A DNA stretch of 64,000 nucleotides from Piromyces finnis finn. Lineage: Eukaryota > Fungi > Neocallimastigomycota. The position numbers and the translations under genes were made by a program. Below are positions 35,868 through 47,000 of the stretch, piece after piece. Where the stretch lies: contig MCFH01000003.1 of assembly GCA_002104945.1 (NCBI GenBank), positions 1 through 64,000 of the forward strand, written 5' to 3'. The notes beneath the pieces are model-generated. The model saw only the letters and a list, made by a program, of their open reading frames with translations, did not search any database and was not told where the DNA came from. Numbering within the stretch: the first letter of the stretch is position 1; the number at the start of each line of letters is the position of its first letter.

Positions 35868-36733
35868 TGTAAGAAATAATAATTATTTGATACATAATTA
35901 ATATTTCTTAGTTAAAATCATTAATTATTAATCATTAATTAATGTTAATAATATTAGTCTATTTAAATAATTATTCTCATTTAAATTTATTTTAATTATT
36001 TATTTTCACTTAATTTTAATATCTTAAATTACATTTAACCATTTAATTATATTATTCATTAATATTTTATTTAATATTTTTATTAATTATATTTATGCAT
36101 TTAACTAATTAATTTAATTAATTACTTTTATTTAACTTTATATTTTTATTAATTATATTTATTCATTTAATTAATTAATTTAATTAATTACTTTTATTTA
36201 ACTTTATATTTTTATCAAATATATTTAATTATTTATTTAATTAATTACTTTAAAATAATTATTCATTGTTTAGGAATCGATATTTTAAGGTTTTTTCCAA
36301 TTTCTAAAATAATTGGTTTTACTTAAAATATACGATGATCAATATGTATAGAATGTTGATCGAACTTTGTTTAGGTTTTTCTTCTAATCTTTTCCTAAAC
36401 AAAAAATTATTTTGTTAAGATTAGATAAAATTTTAATTTAAACTTTAAATTTATTAAATAATATAAATAAAGACTCTTGATTCCCTTCTAAGAAATCAAG
36501 AGTTATTATTATAAGAAACAAATTATAATAATAAAAGCGTTTTTAATTTTATTTTACTTAACTTAGTTATAATAAAACATATTAACTTATTAAAGTGTAA
36601 AATTATTTTTACTCTTATAATAAACTCGAACTTAAAGATAAGTATTAATATTTATTTTCTTTTTATTCTCAATTTATCAATAAATTGTAGTTAATAATTC
36701 TATTATATAATAATTTATAATGGAATTATTACA
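35868..36733 (+). repeat. E 3' LTR
   Basis: Matches 30654-31519. Confidence 0.95.
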
Positions 36734-36749
36734 TACAAAATTAAAATTG

Positions 36750-36823
36750 GCTCGCGTAGCCTAATTGGATAGGGCGTCAGACTTCTAATCTGAAGATTGC
36801 GGGTTCGAGTCCCGCCGTGAGTG
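36750..36823 (+). tRNA. tRNA-Arg (anticodon TCT)
   Basis: Cloverleaf: acceptor GCTCGCG/CGTGAGT, anticodon arm TCAGA-CTTCTAA-TCTGA, T-arm GCGGG-TTCGAGT-CCCGC. Oligo-T terminator downstream. Confidence 0.96.
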
Positions 36824-37269
36824 ATGTTGCATTTTTATATTTTACAAAAATGTAAAAATATAATTTATAAATGAAAAGTAGATTTTATCATTAATTTTGT
36901 TAAAAAAATATATATATATAATAAAGAAATTTTATATATTTTATTTACTATTAATTAATTATATAATTATATATTATTTATTTTTTTATATATTAATTAT
37001 ATGAAAATATTAAAAGTATAATTTTATTTAATATTATATAAATATATATATTTTTACTACTAATTAAAATGTTGTATGTCTTTTCATAATATAAGAAAAG
37101 ACACTATTAAATAACTTGTATTGAATAATAATAATAAAATATTAATAATAAATATAAAATAATAAATAAACTTATTGTATATAAATATTTATTTATAAAG
37201 TATTAGTGTTATAAAAGGTATTATAACAATAATATTTAATCATAAAAGATTAAGAGTCTCAATAGTCTC

Positions 37270-37341
37270 AAGAAAATGTCTAATAATAAAAATAAAAATG
37301 TATTTTAATACATTTTTATTTTTATTATTAGACATTTTCTT
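37270..37341. repeat. Perfect 35-bp inverted repeat with 2-nt spacer
   Basis: AAGAAAATGTCTAATAATAAAAATAAAAATGTATT tt AATACATTTTTATTTTTATTATTAGACATTTTCTT. Confidence 0.92.
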
Positions 37342-38651
37342 AAGTTCAAATATGGTCCCTTCTAGTTTTATAGGAAAATTCCAGATAGAACTTAATAAAG
37401 AAAACTTTCAAGCTTAGCAAATTAAGGTTAGAGATATTTTAAGATGTTGCGGCTTGGAAGAATATATTGATGAAAATAAAACTTCAAAGATATATATAAA
37501 AATATATCAGAGGGTGAAAAGTAAATTATAAAGAAGTTCCATAAGCTCAATATGTACTACAAAAAAATGTAACAAATGAAACACTTGCTATTGATAATAA
37601 AGTAAGAATGTTTATTAGAAGTACATTAGCACCGTGGCTATGGAAATTATGATAATTGTAATCATAAAAATAATAAAAATAAAATCGATATAATATGTTG
37701 TTTTTGCAATAAAAGAGGCTACATTGAAAGAAACTGCATATTAAAAGAAAAATTAGCAAAAGAATATAATTCAAATAATAAAAATTATAAAAACAAACAA
37801 AATAAAAAGTATAAAAAAGAAATATGCTGATGTAGTTACAAGACAAAGAAATAACTACAAGGATATAACACCAAATTTATTCAACGTTGATTATAATTCT
37901 ACATATGAAAAGGAATCAAACAGTGTTATAAAAGTAAAAACTTCAAATAAAAAATATAAAAAGGTTGTAAAATCTAAAGGAAGCTTTAATATGTGGATGC
38001 TAGATTCAGGAGCATCAGTACACCTTACAAATAATATTAAATCATTACATAAAATTAAAAGGCATAAAGAACCAATTTACTACGCAGATGATGAAGTTGG
38101 TTATTCCACATATATAGGCAATTTAAAAGGTTATTTTAATAAAGAACAAATAATTTTAAATAATGTCCTATATATTCCAGATATTAAAAGAAATTTGATA
38201 TCTATTGAAAATTTTGTTAAAGAAGGCCTTAACGTAAATTTTAAAAATATAAATAATGCTGCAACAACATTTATTCAAGATAAAAACAAAAATATCATAT
38301 ATGTACCAAGAGAAGATGAATAAGATGAATATTATGTATTTAATGTTTATATATCAAAAACTAAATTATTTAACTACCATATACAAAATCCAATGCATTG
38401 TTATTCTATTAGGAAGTTAAATAATGACGAAAAATTACATCTTTAGCATAGAAGACTAGGTCATTTTCATGCCAAAAGTATTGAAAATAAATTATTAAAT
38501 ATAAACATTAAAGATATTTGTGAAACATGTTCATTATCAAAATTAAAAAATCAACCATATCATAGTTCTACTAATAAAAGTACAGAAATACTTCAATTAG
38601 TACATACTGATATCCATAAACGCGTCATCTATATATAGTAACCATTATTTT

Positions 38652-39370
38652 TGTAAAATACTAATCTTAAAACAGATTATATATTTAACAATAAAACAAC
38701 TAAACACGAAAACAAAAAAATAAAAGAATATTTTTTTCACAAATTATTACTTTTACTAATTATCAAAATTTAAAATAGCAATTACATTGATTTAACAAAC
38801 AAAAATTACATGTATTTATATTTTTTCATAATTATATTCCAATATATTATGCTATTTAAATAAACATATATTTAATATAAAATAAACAAAACTAATCTAA
38901 TTAAATAATAAAATAGCAAAATTAAACTAAAACTAATTCAGTATACTTTTAATTCAATTTGAGTAAACTCAAAATTGAATAAAGCCCATGTATTATCTAT
39001 AAATTAATTTAATATTATCAATACTATTATTAATATATTTCCTATTTAAATATAATCAAATCTATTTTTAAACTAAGTTAAAATTATTAAGCTATTCTAA
39101 ATTTAAATAAAAAAGATCTAAGTATTTAAAAAATATTTTAATTATTTAAAATATTTGAAATATTTAAATTTAATTAAAATTCTTTTATTCCTTAAATTTA
39201 AATATTTATCTTAATTTAAATTTAACGGAATTTATTATAAAATAATTTATTATTAAATTATTCCATAAAATTTATTCAAAAATTTTATAATTAATTTTAC
39301 TAAATATTAATTTATTATTTAATAATTAATAATTAATTATTAAATAATCTAAAGATATATTATATCTACA
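38652..39370. repeat. Solo LTR (719 bp) in copia integrase
   Basis: TGTA...TACA termini with TSD ATTTT. Removing it restores SNHYFIVFLDD. Confidence 0.85.
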
Positions 39371-39410
39371 ATTTTATTGTCTTTTTAGATGATTATTCAA
39401 CATATGGATG

Positions 39411-40025
39411 TGTAAAGATATCAAACGCCACAAATTGATATCTTTAATGTAACTTAAGCCATAAATATTATTGTTAAAGTTACACGAAATATATTACAGA
39501 AAAGGAAAATAAGACATAATTTATTTATTAATAATTAAAGTTTAAAACAAAATAAATTAATTTATTTTTAATGTTTAACAAATAAATTAAATTTTTCAAT
39601 TCAAACTCCTAGTTTTAGTATTGTTTTGTAATAGAAATAGATATATAGTATATAATTATTAAATGATTAATATATCAATAATACATGGGCACATATTCAA
39701 ATTGAATAGTACTTAATTTGAATTGCCAATTGTATTTTACTAAAAATAGTTATAGTTTAAATATTTATTAATAATTAAGATTTTAGTGTAGATTTTAAAT
39801 AATAATACATAAGAAATAAATAGTTATAATATAATATAATATAAATGTATTTAGGAAAAATATAAATAGAAGATATTTTTCATCATTTTATCGATGTAAT
39901 TGTTATTATTAAAAATTCTATTATAATAAAAGACATTTTTTTAAAAACAATTTTATTTATTTTAAATTTAGTGTTATTGTAATAGAATAGATATCCTAAT
40001 CTATTCTTTCTGTGTTTATATTACA
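39411..40025. repeat. Solo LTR (615 bp) in copia integrase
   Basis: TGTAA...TTACA termini with TSD GGATG. Removing it restores DDYSTYGWVF. Confidence 0.87.
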
Positions 40026-40759
40026 GGATGGGTATTTTTATAAAAAATAAAAGTGATGTGTTTAACTCGTTTAAAACATGATATAATAAAGTTACCAATG
40101 AGTTCAAAAGAAATATCACATATTTAAGAAGTGATAATGGTACAGAACATAAATCATTAAATTTTAAAAAATTTTTGTGATACTCATAGTATCATACAAT
40201 AATTTACTGTACCATATAATCCACAACAAAATGAACGCGCTGAAAGGTTTAATGGAGTTTTAATCCATGTAGATACCACTATGTTACAAGATGCCAAATT
40301 ATGTAGAAGGTTCTGGGAAGATGCAGTTAGGACTGCTAATTATATTCACAATAGGCTACCTCATAATGGTAATGATTTAAAAGTACCTTATGAAATGTTA
40401 TATAAAAACTCAGTGGACTACAGCCAACAAATTTCGTGTTTTTTGTTGTAAAGTGTTACATCTTAAAAGTAATACAGAAAAACATAAATATGAAAGTACA
40501 TCTCTACCTGGTATCTTTATTGGCTATGATGACATCTTTACTGGATTTAGAATTTCTGACTTAAATTCATTTAAAATTGTCATCAAAAGAGTTGTAGAAT
40601 TTCTCGAAGACCAATTAGATAATTTTATCTTTGATGATAATGTCAAAAATGTCAATTTCATTAATTATGATTCACTAATCCATGAAATGGAGATTAATGA
40701 TAATTAAATGAAAATAATATTTTAAATAAAAATAATACCATTAAGAAAATTTTATTTTT

Positions 40760-40841
40760 CGTCAGCTGCAGGGTTTGAACCTGCGCGGGCAAAGCCCATC
40801 AGATTTCAAGTCTGACTCCTTAACCACTCGGACAAACTGAC
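40760..40841 (-). tRNA. tRNA-Ser (anticodon TGA)
   Basis: Reverse complement GTCAGTTTGTCCGAGTGGTTAAGGAGTCAGACTTGAAATCTGATGGGCTTTGCCCGCGCAGGTTCAAACCCTGCAGCTGACG. Long variable arm and oligo-T terminator. Confidence 0.96.
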
Positions 40842-40855
40842 ATTTCATTATTTTT

Positions 40856-41565
40856 TGTTAAGGAACCAACAAATAATGTTATTCTTGTCATAATTAATGA
40901 TTATGACCTAATCCATTCATTATTGTTCCTAAATGTATGAAAACTTTACAATATTCTTATTTGTAAATTAATGTATACACTTAAATTATATTTAAAATTA
41001 TTAATAATTATTTTTTATTGAACTTAAATTTTATTTTATTAAACTTAAAAATTAATTTAGTAATAATAATATATTGAAAATTATAGTTTATTGAACTTTT
41101 AGTTTAATTTATCAAGTTAATGAATTTTTATTAATTAAAATTATGAATAATATTTCTGTAAAATAGTAAAATTTTTTAGTTAAATATATTTAAAGTAAAC
41201 TTTTAATGTATGTTAATCAATTTAATAATATGTATAAATATTTATTATAATAGTAATGTAATTTTATTATTCATTTAAAAGTAATTTAAATACTAAAATT
41301 ATGTAAATAATTAAAGACTAATTCTTTTAATTAACACTACTTAATTTTTTACAAAAAGTATAAAAAGGTGTATATTATAAGAATTAGAGAATATACAGAT
41401 ATTTTTATTTTTATTTTTATTTTATTTTATAATTTTATATTAATATCTTAATAAAACAATTTTATTAATAAAACAATTTTTCTTATTTCATTTTAATATT
41501 ATTTTTGAGTATTAATAAATTTATTAATATTTTATAAATAAAAGTAAATTCCTCGAACCGTAACA
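40856..41565 (+). repeat. F 5' LTR
   Basis: TGTTA...TAACA termini. Confidence 0.95.
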
Positions 41566-41572
41566 TAAAAAT

Positions 41573-41590
41573 TGGTGGAGATATCGGGGA
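41573..41590 (+). promoter_or_regulatory. F primer-binding site, complementary to tRNA-Ala
   Basis: TGGTGGAGATATCGGGGA is the complement of ...TCCCCGATATCTCCACCA. U70 fits the G3:U70 alanine identity pair. Confidence 0.75.
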
Positions 41591-41710
41591 ATAATATTAA
41601 TAAAAATTATTAATACATAGGATAAAGTAATATTAAAATATTACTAAAATATTATATAAATTTCTTAAAAATTTATTACCCTTCAAAGTTATAGGTAATA
41701 TTTATATTAC

Positions 41711-42410
41711 TGTTGAAGCTTTAAGGTATAATATTTTAGTAGAACTGAATTAGTACGCTTTAGAAGCAGTACTTATTTAGGAATTAGTGGTTAAGTTTTT
41801 AGGTCTAGTTTATCTTTCACAGTAGGTTACTGGAAAGCGCTGAACCTTTCTATTTTGCTAGAGAAATAGAAGTGCCTCGCATAATTGCTACATGACACTG
41901 GTAATACGGTAAGCTGGGCAATTGTGAACTACTTAAGCACCCTAAATAAGTATTGGAAAATTGCTGTGAAATGCTGTTCTACTATACTTATTATTGTAAT
42001 TCAAATTTTTAATAAATTAAATATTATTTTAGTATTTATAATTTTTTTAAAAAAAAAAAAAAAATATTTTTTTTTTTAATTGAACGATTTTTAAAAATTA
42101 TTCTTTTTAAAATATAAATAAATAATTCGAAAGTGACCCTTAGCGTGGCAAGTTAAACTGCTGTACGTAATACTTTGGTGTTCAATTATATCTGATAATT
42201 GGGGAAGATAATCAATTATTTTCTTTCCGCTAATTAAGTTAGTGATAATAAAGAAATTAATTACGTTACTTCCTTTTATTAAATTATATTTACTATTAAC
42301 CATCGGGTATATTTGTGGCTTATCATCAAAGAGCTACGAGGGATTTTCACTTAGAATTACACAACCTATAATACTTGATGGTTTAACATTATATAGGTTG
42401 GCCTATATTT
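41711..42410 (+). ncRNA. Candidate conserved structured RNA in the F 5' leader (homologous to 10488-11195, minus strand)
   Basis: Shared motifs TGTTGAAGCTTT, GAATTAGTACGCTTTAGAAGC, TACAWGAC..GTAATA..AAGCTGG, AAGTTAAACT, AAGAGCTACGA and TTGATGGTTTAACA, with covarying stems. Confidence 0.7.
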
Positions 42411-42443
42411 TTATAAAAAGAAATAAGTTTTTAAATAATAATT

Positions 42444-42489
<46 letters not shown>

Positions 42490-43119
42490 GATATATATAT
42501 CTATTCTTTTTGTTGATTCTCTTCGAGTAATTTAATATTGCTAATTGAAATATTCTTTTCTTACTGTTTTAAGTTAAACAAGTTATATCAGCATAGACAA
42601 GCCTTATTAACTAATCAACAGAGGTATACTAGGGGTGGTAGAAAGATCCTGAAGCACGTGACGGAACTTAGATCGTGTGAATAAGGTGACGGCAACATTT
42701 ACCATTGGACGAAAGACTCTTAGTTAATAGTCTATTATATATAATTTGGTCGGTAACTTGAATCAGTAATAACAATATTAAATTAAAATTCTTGCTAGTA
42801 AATTGAAAACAAATAATAATTAACTATAAGAAAAACAGAAAACAAAAGTAATAATTTCATCTTTTCTGACTGAACTAAGATAGTAAGGAGTGATACTAAA
42901 AATTTAAATAAAGAATTGGTAGTACGTGCTGTGCTAGATTATTTGTATCTCATTCTGTCAAGTGGTCGATAAAGGAATTTCGAGCTTGGTTACAACTAAT
43001 AAGTGGTCGATAAAGGAATTTCGAACTTATAATTTTTTTTTAGACTATCAAAGGTATTTTTGAGTCTATACTGTGTCATCTTGTACTGCAATAAATTCGG
43101 TCAAGGAAAATACAAGAAA

Positions 43120-44000
43120 ATGAGCAATTCTACTACAAGGATAGATTTCAAGGAGTTGAAGAAGGAACTCAAGGATATAGAAAAACTTTCCAAAGATAAT
43201 TTGGACATAAGATCCTGGGCTTCTGAAAAAGTTTATGGATTGAACTTCAAGATATCACTAGTGCCAAGAAAATTTACATGGCATGTGTGCTTACTTCTAA
43301 GGGTGAACCAAGAAAGGTAATCCAAGAGTTGGAAGATAAAGACAGTGATAGTGAAGATGAATATGAAAGTGAAAATGAAGAAGAGAATCAGAAAAATGAA
43401 TCTAATGAAGAAGATTATCCCTCACTTGGGAAAATTATCAATGCCCTTGAAACATTTTATGGGTTAAAAGAAGATCAAAGTATGTTATTACGGGAACTAA
43501 GAAGACTACGTATAAGAAGAAATGAATCAGTTAAAGATTTCAATAGAAGATATAGATCTTTATATTTAAAGTTGGATAAGAAAAAGAAGAAGCAGATTAG
43601 TGTGTTAGATTATGCAGATTCTTTACAAAATAATAAAGAAGCATGGAGAAAAGTATCTTTAAAAGATGATATCACTCTAGAAAAGGCCTTTAAGATAGCT
43701 GAGAAGGTAGATAGGTTATCTACTAGAATAGATAATGATGGTAATCTACCAATGACTACTGCAATAACCAAAAGTTATAATAATTTTCAACCATACAAGA
43801 GAAAAGTTTCTTTTACTGAAGCCAAAAAGCCTAATAAAGATGATGAAATGAATAACCTAGTCAAGAAAATGAAAAATTTAACTATTAAAGCTTGTTTCTT
43901 CTGTAGTGAACCTGGTCATTATCAACAAAATTGCCCAAAACTTCAAGCCATTATTGAAGGAAACAAGAAGCGTTATTATGATAATCATTTAAATCATTAA
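43120..44000 (+). pseudogene. F gag, frameshifted near 43230 (ORFs 43060-43320 and 43278-44000)
   Basis: ATG 43120 MSNSTTRIDFKELKK...SWASE continues as LWIELQDITSAKKIYMACV in another frame. CCHC CFFCSEPGHYQQNC. Confidence 0.8.
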
Positions 44001-44040
44001 GTGGGAGAAGAAGCACTCCCATCGTCAATAAAATAGCTTC
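43988..44040 (+). promoter_or_regulatory. F -1 frameshift signal with candidate H-type pseudoknot
   Basis: T TTA AAT 43988-43994, 6-nt spacer, stem 44001-44007/44016-44022. Loop GAAGC can pair with GCTTC 44036-44040. Confidence 0.78.
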
Positions 44041-44056
44041 AGCTCAGTATCAGTCA

Positions 44057-47000
44057 ATGCCAAGTGAAGAAACAACAAGCCAGAGTGATTGGTCGAAAGA
44101 AGAATATGATGAAGAAATCGAAAGTGACTTTGAAGATACTGATATTAATGAACAGTTCTTTGTATGTGCTAATAAAAGGAAGTTGGATAAAATAAGCAAA
44201 GAACAAGATGGTAATAAAGAAAAACGACTTCACAAAAACTTGAAAAATGATCCTAGACCTATTCTTACACCTGCTCTTAGGAAACGTAAAGCACAAGAAT
44301 TAGAAAATATACCAATAGATGTTTCTCCTAAGCAACTGCATCCTTCTATTATTGCTCAACCGAATATCAGAGAACAAAAACTAAAAGAAAGAAAACTTCG
44401 GGATAAAGAGCGTGCTAGTAGTAGTGAACAAAAGGAAGAAGAAAAGAATGAATTGGCAAGTTCTAATGAAGATCCTATTATTATCGACTATGATGAAGAA
44501 GAAATGTTGTCTGCAATTACAGATAAGAAAGGTGCTAAGGTGGTAGAGAAAGATAACACAAGTGAATCAACCAAATCTACTTCTAATTCAACTCTAAATA
44601 AATTAATGAAAGAGCAAAAGAAAGAAAAACCTGCAGAATCGAAGGTTAAGAAAACTGCTAGAAATATTCAAATGATAGCAGATACGGAAGAATATAATGT
44701 AGTTAAAGATCTTAACGAAACAAAATGCAATATTACTTTTGGTCAATTACTTAACTCGGCTCCAAAGTTACGAACGCAAGTGTCACAAGGTCTTAAACTG
44801 GAAAAGAACAACACAAAAATTGTGGGAGCTCTGGAGAATTTTAATGCTACTTCGGTATTAGTAAATAATGTAGATCATTTGTATGTAAGCAAAAGTAAAG
44901 AAGTATCAGAAGAAGATATCGCTATGGTAGATGCAACGGTTGATGGGGTACCAGGTAAATTATTAGTTGATTCCTGTAGCAACTTAAGTATTATAACAAA
45001 AAAATATTTAGATAAACTTCCCCATCAATATGAATCTATTGGATTGAGTTGTGGAAGAATACGTTTAGCTACTAAAAATGATGACTATTCGGAAGGTATA
45101 ATTATTAGAGTACCGGTCCAGATAAATGATCTTACAATCACTGCTGATTTTAGAGTGGTGGATAAAGAAGACCCCTTTTATGATATGTTAATTAATTTGA
45201 AAACCCAAATGGATAACAACTTATTTATCCACCCACTTCGCTATAGTCTTTGCAGATTTGATTCAAATGGATTTATTGAAGATATTGCTCCAATTAATAA
45301 CAAATATGATGATGAAGAAAAGATTATGTGTATGATACGTAGAGTCGGTGATGAAGATTTTAAAAGTGATTTGAAAAATATTGAAGGTTTACCACCTTCA
45401 GAATATATTCACAATAAAAATTTTACTGAGACTCTTAATGAAAAGTATCGAGAACAAATTGTTCGGATATTGGAAGAGAATATTGAAATTATTGCTACTT
45501 CTTCTGAAGAACTAACACCTTCGAATTTAACTCCCCATAAGATTAATTTAAAGCCAGGAGCAAAGCCAATTAAACAAAGATCATATAGGTTAGCCAAGTT
45601 CAAATCTGATATACTTAAGGAAGAATTGTCTAAATTGATTAATAAAAAGCTAATTGAGCCATCGTACTCGGAATGGTCTTCTCCGGTGGTTTTGGTCCCG
45701 AAGCATAATGGGAAATGGAGAATGTGCGTGGACTATCGAAGAGTTAATGATTTGTCTGAAAAGGATGCCTATTCAATTCCTTTTATAGATGAGATATTTG
45801 ATAGTTTACATGGTGCAACTATATTCACTACTATGGACTTATATTCCGGCTATCATCAAATCCTTATGGATGAAGAAAGCGTTGAATTGACAAGTTTTAC
45901 AACTAAGTTTGGAAATTACCAATTCAAGGTTATGCCTTTTGGTCTCACTGGAGCACCCGCTACATTTCAGAGGGAGATGAATCGGATTCTGTTTCCGTTA
46001 ATTGGAAAGTGTGTTTATAACTTCATTGATGATATTCTGATCTATTCAAAGAGTATTGAAGAACATATTGAACATATAAATCAAGTTTTAGCAATTTTCC
46101 GGGAAAACAAACTAAAAATCAATATTGAAAAATGTCATTTTATGCAAACTGAAGTTGACGTGTTAGGCCATCGTTTAACTACAGAAGGTCTTAAACCATT
46201 AGATAACAAAATCCAAGCTATAAAAAATTGGAAACCTCCTTCGAATATCCATGAATTAAGATCATTCCTAGGTTCAATTGGATATTATAGAGATTTTATT
46301 CCTAATTATGCTAAACTTACTGCTCCCTTGTGTAAGCTGCTTAGAAAAGGTGTTCCTTTCAAATGGTGTAATGAACAACAAGAGAGTTTTATTATATTGA
46401 AAGAAAAGTTAATTAATGCGCCTATTCTGAAATTCCCTGATTTTGAGAAAGAATTTATAATCCGAACAGATGCATCGTATGAAGGAATCGGAGGAGTATT
46501 ATTACAAAAGGAAGGCACAGATATTGAACATCCAATTCATTATATTAGCCGAAGTCTGACGAAAGCAGAAAAAAATTATGGAATTACTGACTTGGAAGGG
46601 ACTGCCTTATTTTACTGCATTACTAAATTAAAGCCTTATATAATGGGAAGTCCATTCAAGACTATCGTCTATACTGATCATAAACCATTAATTGGATTAT
46701 TTAAAAATAAGGAGCCAAACAATGCAAGACAAACAAGATGGTGTTTAACAGCTAGTATGCTAGGAGTTGATATTCGTTATGAACAAGGTAAAAAGAATGT
46801 TGTAGCAGATGCACTGTCTCGAATGAGAAATGACAAAGATAAGGAAGTGTTAGCTACTAAAATTAATAAAGGTATAGAAGAAACCATGCTATCTAAGGTA
46901 ATTAAAGAATTTGTTGAAGAAAAGTTCACCAAAATAGGTGGGGTGGATTACTTTATTGATGGAAGGAATTATCGAAAACTGATCACGGAAACCAATGAAA

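Larger units (their letters stand above)
30654..36733 (+). mobile_element. Intact, young Ty3/gypsy element E (self-priming, no chromodomain), 16 bp upstream of tRNA-Arg
   Basis: 866-bp LTRs that look identical (30654-31519, 35868-36733), PBS ATAATAACTCT, single intact ORF, 4-bp TSD TACA. Confidence 0.96.
37352..40707 (+). pseudogene. Ty1/copia relic (gag, knuckle, protease, GAG-pre-integrase, integrase); no RT
   Basis: Fragments IELNKENFQA, CCFCNKRGYIERNC, WMLDSGAS, HRRLGH, CETC, LQLVHTDI, YFIVFLDDYSTYGWV, LRSDNGTE, PYNPQQN..AER, FWEDAVRTANYIHNRLP. Many stops and frameshifts. Confidence 0.9.

Noticed and set aside
41747-41926. Identification of the leader as a group II intron, TPP riboswitch or 23S H43/H44 fragment
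   Set aside because: Only short local resemblances from memory (ACAAG..GUAA..AAGC; GUAAUA loop; UUAGAAGCA). There is no GUGYG start or domain V, the TPP elements are in the wrong order, and the H43- and H44-like loops are ~125 nt apart.
42242-42445. Protein-coding explanation for the shared B/F leader (KSYEG, DGLTLY, VKLLY motifs look synonymous)
   Set aside because: Both copies have stops in every frame across the blocks (e.g. TGA in B where F has TGG). The flanking changes are compensatory in helices, which fits RNA structure better. A decayed ORF is not fully excluded.
42960-43024. CRISPR-like repeat-spacer
   Set aside because: Only two repeats with a 17-bp spacer, in a eukaryotic retroelement, with no cas genes.
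43222-43236. Programmed frameshift inside F gag
   Set aside because: There is no correctly phased slippery heptamer. A homopolymer indel or sequencing error is more likely.
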